This document shows positions 9,360 through 19,153 of a DNA stretch of 64,000 bases, one piece after another (the first letter of the stretch is position 1; the number at the start of each line of letters is the position of its first letter). The translations under genes and the position numbers were made by a program. The DNA is from Alphaproteobacteria bacterium. GTDB taxonomy: Bacteria; Pseudomonadota; Alphaproteobacteria; GCA-2731375. The DNA is taken from NCBI GenBank assembly GCA_965225945.1, contig CBDDBZ010000039.1, positions 416,001 through 480,000 on the forward strand, given 5' to 3'. The notes beneath the pieces were generated by a model. The model did not search any database. It was not told the origin of the DNA and saw nothing but the letters and a program-made list of their open reading frames with translations.

Positions 9360-10874
9360 ATGAGCGAGGCGAGCCAGACGGAGAAGCTCTCGGTGGTGAT
9401 CATCGGCGCCGGGCCGGCCGGCCTGACCGTCGCCCATGAGCTCACGCTGCACGGCCACGAGGTGGTGGTGCTGGAACGCGATGCCGTCTATGTCGGCGGG
9501 ATCGCCAAGACCGTGCGCTACAACGGCTATCGCTTCGACATCGGCGGCCACCGCTTCTTCTCGAAGGCCCAGGAGGTGGAGGATTTCTGGCGCCGGATCC
9601 TGCCCGACGACTTTCTCGATCGGCCGCGCAAGTCGCGAATCTTTTACAAGGGCCAGCTCTTCAGCTATCCCCTGAAGCCGATGGACGCGCTGACCAAGCT
9701 CGGCCTTTTCGAATCGATCCATTGCGTGGCGTCTTACGCCCTGGTTCGTCTGCGCCCGATCCCCGAGCCGCGCAACTTCGAGGAATGGGTCATCAACCAG
9801 TTCGGCAGGCGGCTCTTTTCGATCTTCTTCAAGACCTACACGGAGAAGGTCTGGGGCATGAAATGCACCGAGATCTCCGCCGACTGGGCGGCCCAGCGGA
9901 TCAAGGGCCTGTCCATGAGCAAGGCGATTTTGAACGCGATTTACAGCCCCAAGCCCAAGGATCGCGGCGCCGTCATCAAGACCCTGATCGACAGCTTCCG
10001 CTATCCGCGCCGCGGCCCCGGCATGATGTGGGAGCGGGCGACCGAGTTGGTCGAGGCGCGGGGCGGCCGCGTGGTGATGGACCGGACGGTAACGGCCGTG
10101 GCCCTGGATCGGATAAGCGGCAAGTGGCGCGTCGAGGCCCGGGACGGGGCAGGCCACACCGACGCCTATGAGGCCGACCATGTGATCAGCTCCATGGCGA
10201 TGCGCGAGCTCGTGGCAGCACTTCTGCCGGCGCCGGAGGCCGCCATGCGCGCGGCGGCCGAGCGGCTGAAGTACCGCGACTTCCTGGTCGTGGCCCTGAT
10301 CATCACCGAGCGCGAGCAGTTCGACGACAACTGGATCTACATCCACGAACCGCACGTCAAGGTCGGCCGGATCCAGAATTTCAAGTCCTGGTCGCCCGAG
10401 ATGGTGCCGGAAGCGGGGCGCAACTGCTACGGCCTGGAGTATTTCTGCTTCGCCGGCGACAGCCTTTGGGAATCGAGCGACGAGGCGCTGATCCGCCTGG
10501 CGAGCGACGAAATCGTGACCCTCGGTCTGGTCCGCCCGGAGGACATCCTGGACGGCCACGTGGTACGCCAGGAAAAGGCCTATCCGGTCTACGACCAGGA
10601 CTACCAGAAGAACGTCGACGTCGTCCGCGAGGGAATCGAGCGGGACTATCCCAAGCTCCACCTGGTCGGCCGCAACGGCATGCACAAATACAACAACCAG
10701 GACCACGCCATCATGACGGCGATGCTGACGGTGGAGAACATCCTGGCCGGCGAGTCGCGCTACGACGTCTGGCGGGTCAACCAGGACGCCGAATACCACG
10801 AGGCGGGCGAAGCCGGCGCGGAGCGCGCGCTCGGCGCCAGCGGCGAACGCATGGTGCCGCGCCGGGTCTCGTAG
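9360..10874 (+). CDS. NAD(P)/FAD-dependent oxidoreductase (protoporphyrinogen oxidase / UDP-galactopyranose mutase-like fold)
   Basis: GAGPAG dinucleotide motif, FDIGGHRFFS, YTEKVWG and GRNGMHKYNNQDH motifs. AGGAG RBS upstream. Confidence 0.85.
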   Translation: MSEASQTEKLSVVIIGAGPAGLTVAHELTLHGHEVVVLERDAVYVGGIAKTVRYNGYRFDIGGHRFFSKAQEVEDFWRRILPDDFLDRPRKSRIFYKGQLFSYPLKPMDALTKLGLFESIHCVASYALVRLRPIPEPRNFEEWVINQFGRRLFSIFFKTYTEKVWGMKCTEISADWAAQRIKGLSMSKAILNAIYSPKPKDRGAVIKTLIDSFRYPRRGPGMMWERATELVEARGGRVVMDRTVTAVALDRISGKWRVEARDGAGHTDAYEADHVISSMAMRELVAALLPAPEAAMRAAAERLKYRDFLVVALIITEREQFDDNWIYIHEPHVKVGRIQNFKSWSPEMVPEAGRNCYGLEYFCFAGDSLWESSDEALIRLASDEIVTLGLVRPEDILDGHVVRQEKAYPVYDQDYQKNVDVVREGIERDYPKLHLVGRNGMHKYNNQDHAIMTAMLTVENILAGESRYDVWRVNQDAEYHEAGEAGAERALGASGERMVPRRVS

Positions 10875-10882
10875 GCGAGCCG

Positions 10883-11713
10883 TCAGTCTCGCTTTAGGGC
10901 GGCGTTCAGGGCGGTTCCGACGACGATCATCTGCTGAATGGCACCGGAGGCGAAGCGAGCCAACGCCGGCGCCACGATCTCCGCTACCCGCGCGGGTGGC
11001 GGGCTCGGTCGGAGGTCGCCCGACAAGCGGCTCGCCTTCCCCCGGGCTACCGTCTCGAGCGATCGCGCCGCGGCCGCCAGTCGGCCGTCCGTCGCGACGG
11101 GTGCCAGGCGCTGGTCCACCAGTGCCGGCAACCCCGGCCAGCAGGCGAAATGCAGGTAGAGGCTGGGCACCGCCCCGGTCGGGAATTCGCGATGATGTTC
11201 GGCGAGACGGCTGACGACGGCGGCAAGCGCCGGCTCCAGCGCCGCGAGGCGCGGCAGCGGTGGCAACGGTGGCAACGCGGGCGGATTTCCCAACTCGACC
11301 ATCTCATCGCTCGCCGGGGTGACCGACGGCTCGTGGAGTCGATGCAGAAGGCTGGAGAAGCCGACGAGGTTGAACGAATTGCCCCGGTTGTAGACGGCGA
11401 GCAGATTCGCGAACGCCGTTCTATCCCCTTCGTCGAGCCCAATGGCTGCCAGTTCTTTCACGCCGATCGGCGCCAGGGCGAGGTCATCCGAGGCTTCCCG
11501 AAGCCGCGCCGCCGCGCCCGCCACGGCGCCCGAGCGATAGTGTGGTCCCAGCACGTCCCAGACCCAAGGCAAGACCTCGGGCAGCGCCGCGAAGTGGCGC
11601 CAGCCCAGGTTGACCAGCGGCAGCCCAGTCGCCGACCGTATCTCACGATAGATCGCCGCGACGTCCGCCGGTGCGTCCGCCTCGCGAATTTCGGGCATCG
11701 GGCGCGCGGTCAT
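10883..11713 (-). CDS. DehI/AhpD-like two-repeat helical protein
   Basis: EIREADAPADVAAIYREIR...LVNLGWRHFAA is echoed by a second half ...VPSLYLHFACWP, like the duplicated group I dehalogenase fold. Confidence 0.55.
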   Translation of the reverse strand: MTARPMPEIREADAPADVAAIYREIRSATGLPLVNLGWRHFAALPEVLPWVWDVLGPHYRSGAVAGAAARLREASDDLALAPIGVKELAAIGLDEGDRTAFANLLAVYNRGNSFNLVGFSSLLHRLHEPSVTPASDEMVELGNPPALPPLPPLPRLAALEPALAAVVSRLAEHHREFPTGAVPSLYLHFACWPGLPALVDQRLAPVATDGRLAAAARSLETVARGKASRLSGDLRPSPPPARVAEIVAPALARFASGAIQQMIVVGTALNAALKRD

Positions 11714-11735
11714 GACTCCAGGCCCGCCACCGGAC

Positions 11736-14132
11736 TCAACGCTGGTCGGCGAGGGCGCCGTCGGGCGCGGCGCCGATCCGCGCCGCGACCCCGGCGCCGC
11801 CGCCCGCGGCCTCGGGATCGGGCTCCGGCGCGTTGTCGCCGGCGGCCGTCCTGACCATCACCTGGCGGCCGGCGAACTCGACCCCCATTTCCGCGAACAG
11901 ATCGCAAATCCGCTGGTAGGCGACCCGGCGCAGCACGAACTGCTCGCGCGGCAGGCACATGAACTTCGTGCGCAGGATGATCGCGGTCTCGTCCATCCGT
12001 TGGATGCCTTGGCTCTTCAAGGGTTGCAGCAGCTTCGGCCCGTGCGTCGGATCGGCCAGCAACTCCTCGCCCAGCTTCTTGATCGCCTTGCGAATCTTCT
12101 CGATGTCGACATCGTGCGGCAGGCGGAATTCCATCTTGTAGATCACCCAGTCGCGATTGTAGTTGGTGACCGTGCGCAGCTCGCTGAACGGCACCGTGTG
12201 CACCGCGCCCCGGTGATGGCGGAGCCTGAGCGAGCGGAGCGAAATCGCCTCGACCTCGCCCCTGAGATCCTCGAATTCGATGTATTCGCCAATTCGGAAG
12301 GCGTCGTCGATCAGGAAAAAGATGCCGGAGACGATGTCCTGGACCAGCTTCTGGGCGCCGAAACCGATGGCGAGGCCGATGATGCCGGCGCCGGCGATCA
12401 GCGGGGCGATGTTGATTCCGGTGTTGGCGAGCGCGATCATGATGGCGAAGACGACGAGCACAATTTTCGCCGTCGTCCTGAGCAGCGGCATCAGGGTCTC
12501 GAGCCGGGTTTGCGGCGCGCCCGCGCCCTCGTCGTCCGCCGTCGACCGGCGCTCGCCCGGCATGTGGGGATTGATGAAGGAGGCGAACAGCCGCCAGAGC
12601 AGGTAGGAGACGGCGAAGGTCGCGAAGAGGCTGAACAGGATCGAGAACAGATGGGCCTGCGCCGCCTGGGCGCCGAGTCCGGTGAGGTCGATACCGACCA
12701 GGCTCGAGACGAAGAAGGCGACGAGCAGCGCCACCACCACCCGCAGGGCCTGCTGGGCGATCTGGACATAGCGTTCACGCGCCTCCACGCGGCCGCTCGC
12801 CTCGGCGATGGCCGGGGAATATGCGCCTTCCTCCGCGATCGCCGTCGCCTCGCCCGCCACCGGTGGCTCGTCCTCGGGTGGCCGGCTCGCCTCCGCTTCC
12901 TCCCGTACTAGCTCGGCCCGCGCCTCTTCCACCGCGAAGAGCCCTCGCAAGGCCTGATCGCACCAGCGATCGATCGCCGGCAGACTGGCGAGGAAGGCGA
13001 TTCCGGCCGCCGCCGCCCAGATCCCCGTCGCTTGCCGCATCAACATGCCGTCGGCCCAGTGCAGCCAGACCGCGACGACATAGCCGATCAAGACGTAGGG
13101 CGCGAGGCGGGCGAGCCGCCGGCGCGCCAGCGTCTCCCGCTCGCCCACGATGGCTTGCCCGAGCATGCCCGAGCCGCGTAGCACCATCGCGATCAGTCCC
13201 ACCGCCATCGCCCCACCGGTAAGCGTCACCACCGTCAGATGGCTCGGCAGTGTCATTCCGGCCAGGATCACCAGCCCGGCGGCGAGCCAGAGCACGATGG
13301 CGACGCCGGCGAGCGCGGTCAGCCAGCGGGCGAGAAAGACCGCCATGGGGTCCGATATCGGCAGCAGTCGCAAGCCCGGAGCGCGCGGCGCCAGGACGAA
13401 GCGGACCAGATAGGCGACCACCATCACCAGGAGCACGCCCGAGATCACGGTCACCACGAAGTTTCGCTCCGCGCCGCCGGCGGAATAACCGATCGTGACC
13501 GCGCCCAGCGACAGGGCGGCGAAGGCGAGGATCGGCAGGAGGTTCAGAAAGGCACGGTAGATCGCGCCCCCGACGTGGGCCAGGACGGCCCGGGGCAACT
13601 CGGCCCGAAGCATGGCGCGACGCCCTCGGGTCGCCCAACTCGCCGCCAGGTACCCGGCGAGGCCGAGCGCCAGGAAACCCAAGGCATGGAGCAAGAGGGG
13701 GCCCCAGCCGGTATCGCCCGCGATCTGCTTCAGGGATTGGGGGAGCTCGCCCGGCAGCCGAGCATAGCCCAATTGGAGCGTCTGCATATGACCTCGGATG
13801 CGTTGCGAGAGTGCCTCCAAACCCTTGCGAAAGCGGACCAGGGCGACGCCCAAGCCCCCGTCACCGCCGCCGCCACGGGCGCGCGCCTCGGCTCGCTCCG
13901 ACAGGACCTCTAGGAGACCGGCGCGGGCCTGCGCGTCGGTCAGTCCGGCGACCAGGCCCGCCACCGCGTCGGGCGCGATATCCTCGGGAAACTCGATGGC
14001 CTCGGATGCCTTGCCGCCGCTGGCGACCCAGCCCGGCATTTGCGCGAGCGCGGCTTTCGACGACGGCGCCAGGGCGACGAGCAGCGCCACCGCGCCCAGG
14101 ATACGAGCGAAGGATGCAGCCGCACGCGCCAT
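11736..14132 (-). CDS. Large mechanosensitive channel, MscS family
   Basis: PLIAGAGIIGLAIGFGAQKLVQDIVSGIFFLIDDAFRIGEYI MscS core, multiple upstream TM segments and a signal peptide. GAGGTGG RBS before 14132. Confidence 0.9.
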   Translation of the reverse strand: MARAAASFARILGAVALLVALAPSSKAALAQMPGWVASGGKASEAIEFPEDIAPDAVAGLVAGLTDAQARAGLLEVLSERAEARARGGGGDGGLGVALVRFRKGLEALSQRIRGHMQTLQLGYARLPGELPQSLKQIAGDTGWGPLLLHALGFLALGLAGYLAASWATRGRRAMLRAELPRAVLAHVGGAIYRAFLNLLPILAFAALSLGAVTIGYSAGGAERNFVVTVISGVLLVMVVAYLVRFVLAPRAPGLRLLPISDPMAVFLARWLTALAGVAIVLWLAAGLVILAGMTLPSHLTVVTLTGGAMAVGLIAMVLRGSGMLGQAIVGERETLARRRLARLAPYVLIGYVVAVWLHWADGMLMRQATGIWAAAAGIAFLASLPAIDRWCDQALRGLFAVEEARAELVREEAEASRPPEDEPPVAGEATAIAEEGAYSPAIAEASGRVEARERYVQIAQQALRVVVALLVAFFVSSLVGIDLTGLGAQAAQAHLFSILFSLFATFAVSYLLWRLFASFINPHMPGERRSTADDEGAGAPQTRLETLMPLLRTTAKIVLVVFAIMIALANTGINIAPLIAGAGIIGLAIGFGAQKLVQDIVSGIFFLIDDAFRIGEYIEFEDLRGEVEAISLRSLRLRHHRGAVHTVPFSELRTVTNYNRDWVIYKMEFRLPHDVDIEKIRKAIKKLGEELLADPTHGPKLLQPLKSQGIQRMDETAIILRTKFMCLPREQFVLRRVAYQRICDLFAEMGVEFAGRQVMVRTAAGDNAPEPDPEAAGGGAGVAARIGAAPDGALADQR

Positions 14133-14317
14133 GTCGCCACCTCGCCGCTTCGCGACCTGTCGTCGAGCCCGCATCATCGACGTCCCGCCGCGCAGGTTCA
14201 AGCTCCGGGTGCCGGCGCCACCGCCGCGCGCGCCGCTTCCGCCCGGGCCTCTTTGGTCCCGCACGAATCGCGCCTATTCTCGCCTCGGCGAACAATTCAG
14301 TGGACGGGGGATGATCC

Positions 14318-15295
14318 ATGCGGGCGATGGTGTGCCGGGTCTGGGGCGCGGTCGAGGCGCTGGAGTTGGATGACGTGCCGGCGCCGACGCCGGGCGACGA
14401 CGAGATCTTGATCGAGGTCAAGGTGACGGCGGTGAATTACGCCGATTCGCTTCTGGTCGCCGGCAACTATCAGACCAAGCCGGCCTTCCCCTTCAGCCCG
14501 GGCTTGGAAACCGCGGGCGTGGTGGGCGAGGTCGGCGCCCAGATCACCCGCTTCGCCCCGGGGGACCGGGTGATGGCGGTGCTGGCCCATGGCGGCTTGG
14601 CGGATCGCGTCCTCGCCAAGGAGGCCGAATGCTTCTCCATCCCCGAGGAAATGGGTTTCGTCGAGGCCGGCGCCTTTCCGGTCTCCTACCTCTCGAGCCA
14701 TGTCGCCATCCGCTGGCAGGGCCGCCTCGAGGCGGGCGAGAGCATGCTGGTGCTGGGCGCCGCCGGCGGTGTCGGCATCCCCGCGGTCGAAATCTCCAAG
14801 GCGATGGGCGCCCGCGTCCTCGCCGGCGCCAGCACGCCCGAGAAGCTGGCCGTCGCGCGGGCCCATGGCGCCGACGAGCTGATCGACTACGCCCGCGACA
14901 ATCTGAAAGACCGGGTGATGGCGCTGACCGACGGCAAGGGCGTCGACGTGGTGTTCGATCCGGTGGGGGGTGACTTGTTCGATTCGGCACTCTCTTCCCT
15001 CGGCTGGGGCGGGCGGATCTTGCTGGTCGGCTTCGTCGGCGGAATCCCTCGCATTCCGGCCAATCGCCTGCTGGTCAAGCACCGCTCGGCGCTGGGCTCG
15101 GCGCTGCGCTACTTCCGCTGGCATGCGCCGGAGAAGCTGGCACGCTCGGCCGAGGAACTCATGCGCTGGTACGCCGAGGGCAAGTTGAAGCCGCTGGTCT
15201 CCGAGCGCTATCCGCTGGAAGAGAGTGCCAAGGCGATCCGCCGCCTGACCGAGCGCCAGGCCCACGGCAAGGTCGTGGTCGTCGTCGCCGAGTGA
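14318..15295 (+). CDS. NADPH:quinone oxidoreductase (MDR/zeta-crystallin family)
   Basis: VNYAD...YQTKPAFPFSPGLE, GAAGGVG, GVDVVFDPVGG and GKVVV motifs. Confidence 0.9.
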   Translation: MRAMVCRVWGAVEALELDDVPAPTPGDDEILIEVKVTAVNYADSLLVAGNYQTKPAFPFSPGLETAGVVGEVGAQITRFAPGDRVMAVLAHGGLADRVLAKEAECFSIPEEMGFVEAGAFPVSYLSSHVAIRWQGRLEAGESMLVLGAAGGVGIPAVEISKAMGARVLAGASTPEKLAVARAHGADELIDYARDNLKDRVMALTDGKGVDVVFDPVGGDLFDSALSSLGWGGRILLVGFVGGIPRIPANRLLVKHRSALGSALRYFRWHAPEKLARSAEELMRWYAEGKLKPLVSERYPLEESAKAIRRLTERQAHGKVVVVVAE

Positions 15296-15315
15296 GTCGG
15301 GGAAAGGTGAGGGCG

Positions 15316-16071
15316 ATGGAGATCCGAACCCACGAACACGGCGCCCATATCACCGTGGTCACGATCGACAATCCCCGGGCGATGAACGCCATGAGCCGCG
15401 AGATGCTGGGCGATCTGGCTAAGCTTTGGGATCGCCTCGAGGATTCGAAGTGCCGCGTCGTCGTCGTCACCGGCGCGGGGAACCGCGCCTTCTCCGCCGG
15501 CGCCGACATGGCGGGCGATCTCGGCGCGAGCGAAGACTTGGCCCGCGACATCAACCGAGGCCTCCTGAAGACCAGCGGCTTCTCCCGCCCGATCGTCGCC
15601 GCCGTCAACGGCGATTGCGTCGCCGGCGGGTTGGAACTGCTGCTCTCGACCGACATCCGCATTGCCGCCGAGCACGCGCGCTTCGGCCTGCCGGAGGTCA
15701 AATGGTCGATCTATCCCTTCGGCGGCGCCACGGTGAAGCTCATCCACCAGATCGGCTATGTCCACGCCATGGACCTGCTGTTGACCGCCCGGCTGATCGA
15801 TGCCCAGGCCGCCCAGCGGATCAACCTGGTGAACGAGGTGGTGGCGGGCCCGGAGGTGCTGGCGCGCGCGCTGGCAATCGCCGAGACCATCGCCGCCAAC
15901 AGCCCGAGCGCGGTGCAGGCGGTACGTCGCCAGATCAGCGAGACCATCGCCGAGCACGCGCTCTCTCGCGAGGCGCTGGAACAGCTGCTGGGCGATCAGG
16001 TCCGCGCCAGCGAGCATTTCAAGGAGGGCGTCGCCGCCTTCCTGGAGAAACGCCGGCCAAACTACGAATAG
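15316..16071 (+). CDS. Enoyl-CoA hydratase/isomerase family protein
   Basis: AFSAGAD, AAVNGDCVAGGLE and FGLPEV crotonase motifs. Alternative GTG start at 15292. Confidence 0.9.
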   Translation: MEIRTHEHGAHITVVTIDNPRAMNAMSREMLGDLAKLWDRLEDSKCRVVVVTGAGNRAFSAGADMAGDLGASEDLARDINRGLLKTSGFSRPIVAAVNGDCVAGGLELLLSTDIRIAAEHARFGLPEVKWSIYPFGGATVKLIHQIGYVHAMDLLLTARLIDAQAAQRINLVNEVVAGPEVLARALAIAETIAANSPSAVQAVRRQISETIAEHALSREALEQLLGDQVRASEHFKEGVAAFLEKRRPNYE

Positions 16072-16102
16072 GCGCGCGCCGCACTGAACGAGGAGGGTCC
16101 CG

Positions 16103-18025
16103 GTGATGAAGTCGTACGGCCATACCGCCCTGGCGCTCTTGGGGGGCGTGCTCGTGGTTGGTCTCGTTTCGGCGCTATTCACGCAGGCCCCCGGGCCTGG
16201 TATTTCCACGCCGCCAGCGGACACCGATTCCATCGCCACGATCGGCGAGCCGGACGAGAGGCGCGCTGGCCCCGCCGCGACCGGTGCGTCGCCCGGGCAG
16301 GGTGAACCGGGCGGCCGGGAGGCCGGCCTGAGCGTGGTGCCAGTCGAGCGGTTCATCGCCCCACCTCCGCCCGTGCGCGACGCGGCACCCGCTTACCCCG
16401 AGGTGGACCCGAGACCCGAGCGCCGGAAGACGGTCCTTGGCAATCTTTTGTTCGTCATCCGCGATTATCACGAGGTTCCGCTCCCCAGGGTTCTCATCAG
16501 GCTGAACTCGGAGTTCGGAGCGGAGACGGCGCTCACCGGGAGCGGAGGCGAGGCGGCGTTCGGCGCGCTTTTTGCCGGTCGGTATTCCTATCGGGTCGAG
16601 GCCCCCGAGCGACCGGAGCTCGCCGCCGCATCGCTCGCACTGGCCGAGGGCGAGGAGCGGATGGTGGAACTGTGGCTCGGGGACTACGACCGCAGCCTCG
16701 AGGGCCGCATCCTGGATCAGGACGGTAAGCCGGTGGCTGGGCTGACGGTGACGGCGCGGCCGTACCACGGGCCGGCGGCCACGGACTCGCTCGTGGCGAG
16801 GGAGCAACGGGCCGAGAGCGGTCCCAACGGGTGGTTCGAGCTCACCGGGCTCGGCGCGGGCGAGCATGAGCTACGCACCCTTGCCACCGACCGCTACGCT
16901 TCCGCGAGGACGATCGTGCGCGCGGGCGCCGACGGCGCGGTTCTTTTGGTCACCGAACGCCGGACGTTGAAGATCATCGGCCAGGTCACCGACGCGGCGG
17001 GGAAGCCGCTCGCCGGGGTCGAGGTATCGGAACTCTGGGGCCGGGGTCGGCGAACGCGGAGCGATGCGGTGGGAGAGTACTCACTCTCCTTCGAAGCCTC
17101 TGGGTCTAGCGGCCACCACCGTTTTCGCTTTGAGTTGAAAGGTTACCGGCCAGAGCACCTGGCTCTCGAAGCGGCGGCCCGTCGCGATGAGGGGCCCATG
17201 CGGCTCGATGCGCGCCTCGAGCCGATCGAGCAAACGCTCGAAGTCGCGGCCTACCTGATGGATGAACAGGGCGTACCGGTCGTTGGTGAACGGATGCATC
17301 TGTATTCGCGGCGATTGAATACCCAGTACCAAGGAATGAGCGACGCGGAGGGTAGGGTCGTTTTGCCCGCGGTGTTGCCGAGTTCGGACTACCGGCTGTC
17401 GGTCCTGCCGAAGGCGCGCTACGAGACCATCTTGTGGCCGTCCCTCGACCTGATGGTCGAGCCGCCGCCGCTGGAGATCGTGCTGAAATCACGCGCGACG
17501 GGCGGGTTGAGGGGCCGGATGGTGGATGTGGGGGGAGAGCCGGTACCGCACTTCAGCATGTGGCTGCACAGCGACCAAGCACGGGGGCAATGGACCAAGG
17601 TGGTGGGGGATGGCTCCGGGTACTTCGAGGTGACGGACGTGCCGGACGGCCGTCTGACGCTGCAGACACGCTCGGAGCCGCAGTTTCGCACCACCGGGAT
17701 CGAGCTCGCCGCTGGTTCCGAGGCTTACGTCGAGATCGTGCTCGACTGGGGCGAATATTTTCTCGAACGACGGATTGTCAACGAGAAGGGCGAGCCGCTT
17801 GCGGGGGCTCGGATCCGCTTGGACTGGCTCGACGGGGAGTGGCTGGTGGGTCAAAGTTCCATCCGACAGTCGGTCACCGACAGCACCGGCGCTTTCGTGC
17901 TCTCTCGGCTCGGTGGCGGCCCCTACGGGCTGAGGGTCAGCGCCGCCGGTCACGCTACCAAGCAACTGGGATTGGGGTTCGGCGAGGAATGGGTCCAGGT
18001 GCGGCTCCTCTCGCTCGAGCAATAG
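16103..18025 (+). CDS. Membrane-anchored protein with multiple carboxypeptidase-regulatory-like beta-sandwich repeats
   Basis: N-terminal TM, Pro-rich linker, and repeated GxxxDxxGxPxxG starts (GRILDQDGKPVAG, GQVTDAAGKPLAG, LMDEQGVPVVG, GRMVDVGGEPV, IVNEKGEPLAG). AGGAGG RBS. Confidence 0.8.
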   Translation: MMKSYGHTALALLGGVLVVGLVSALFTQAPGPGISTPPADTDSIATIGEPDERRAGPAATGASPGQGEPGGREAGLSVVPVERFIAPPPPVRDAAPAYPEVDPRPERRKTVLGNLLFVIRDYHEVPLPRVLIRLNSEFGAETALTGSGGEAAFGALFAGRYSYRVEAPERPELAAASLALAEGEERMVELWLGDYDRSLEGRILDQDGKPVAGLTVTARPYHGPAATDSLVAREQRAESGPNGWFELTGLGAGEHELRTLATDRYASARTIVRAGADGAVLLVTERRTLKIIGQVTDAAGKPLAGVEVSELWGRGRRTRSDAVGEYSLSFEASGSSGHHRFRFELKGYRPEHLALEAAARRDEGPMRLDARLEPIEQTLEVAAYLMDEQGVPVVGERMHLYSRRLNTQYQGMSDAEGRVVLPAVLPSSDYRLSVLPKARYETILWPSLDLMVEPPPLEIVLKSRATGGLRGRMVDVGGEPVPHFSMWLHSDQARGQWTKVVGDGSGYFEVTDVPDGRLTLQTRSEPQFRTTGIELAAGSEAYVEIVLDWGEYFLERRIVNEKGEPLAGARIRLDWLDGEWLVGQSSIRQSVTDSTGAFVLSRLGGGPYGLRVSAAGHATKQLGLGFGEEWVQVRLLSLEQ

Positions 18026-18101
18026 CGCGCCCCTCGAACGACCAGAACCTCCACGCGCTCGCGCGACTCGCGGCGTTCTTCGCTTCGCTCCGCGCGAATT
18101 T

Positions 18102-19043
18102 TTACCGATCAGATGGATCGGCGCGCGCCGAGAGGATCGATTCGTCCTCCGCCGCCATCGCCAGCATCCAATCGACGAAGGCCTCGACCTTGGCGCTCTC
18201 GAGGGCGCCGGGCGGCAGCGCCACGTAGTAGGCGAAGCTCGCCGGCAGCGCCACCTCGAAGGGCTTCACCAGGCGGCCAAGGGCCAGGTCGGCCGAGGCG
18301 AGCGCGCTTCGCCCCAGCGCCACGCCCTGACCCTCGACGGCGGCCTGGATGATCATCGAGGAATCGGTGTAGCCGGGACCCCGATCCGGATTCACGCCCT
18401 CGACGCCCGCAGCCATCAGCCAGGCCCGCCAATCCTGGCGCATGTCGTCGTGCAGCAGGGTGTGGCACGCCAAGTCCTCCGGCCGGCGGAGCGGCCTGGG
18501 ACCTTCCAGCAGGCGCGGGCTGCAGACCGGGAAGAGGTCCTCGTCCATCAGCTTGATTACCTCGACGCCGGGCCATTTTCCGTTGCCCATGCGAATGGCG
18601 AGATCGACGTCGTGGCGGGCGAAATCGACCAGCCGATCGTCGGCGCTGATGCGGACGTCGATGTCGGGATGGAGCGCACGGAAATCGGCCAAGCGGGGCA
18701 GCAGCCATTTGGCGGCGAAGGAGGGGATGGCGCTGACCGTGAGCGGCCCGCGCGGATCCAACAGCGCGAGGCGGCGCGTCGCCTCGGCGATTATGTCCAG
18801 CGCCTCGCGCACCGGTCCGAGGTAGCTCTGCCCCTCGCGCGTCAGGTAGATCGCCCGGGTCTCGCGATGAAACAGGCGCACGCCCAGCCAGCCTTCCAGT
18901 GCCTTCACCTGATGGCTGACCGCCCCCTGGGTCACGGCCAATTCGTCGGCCGCCTTGGTGAAGCTCAGATGGCGCGCGGCGGCCTCGAAGGCACGAATCG
19001 CGTTCAACGGCGGCAGGCGCCGTCGGGGAGTCGGATCATACAT
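18102..19043 (-). CDS. gcvA: LysR-family regulator, GcvA-like
   Basis: LPPLNAIRAFEAAARHLSFTKAADELAVTQGAVSHQVKALE helix-turn-helix and a GcvA-type substrate domain (AAKWLLPRL, GQGVALGR). Confidence 0.88.
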   Translation of the reverse strand: MYDPTPRRRLPPLNAIRAFEAAARHLSFTKAADELAVTQGAVSHQVKALEGWLGVRLFHRETRAIYLTREGQSYLGPVREALDIIAEATRRLALLDPRGPLTVSAIPSFAAKWLLPRLADFRALHPDIDVRISADDRLVDFARHDVDLAIRMGNGKWPGVEVIKLMDEDLFPVCSPRLLEGPRPLRRPEDLACHTLLHDDMRQDWRAWLMAAGVEGVNPDRGPGYTDSSMIIQAAVEGQGVALGRSALASADLALGRLVKPFEVALPASFAYYVALPPGALESAKVEAFVDWMLAMAAEDESILSARADPSDR

Positions 19044-19048
19044 TATAT

Positions 19049-19071
19049 TTTCTCAGTCATATGATGAGAAA
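19049..19071. promoter_or_regulatory. Inverted repeat in the gcvA / DUF1127 divergent promoter (candidate LysR site)
   Basis: TTTCTCA-N9-TGAGAAA with an internal TCATATGA palindrome in an AT-rich intergenic region. Confidence 0.5.
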
Positions 19072-19153
19072 CCATGCTTTGTATTGCACCGCGACAATAG
19101 CTAAGTTTATCCCATGGAAACAGTCGTTGACCCGCATTAGTGGAGGTAAGGCC

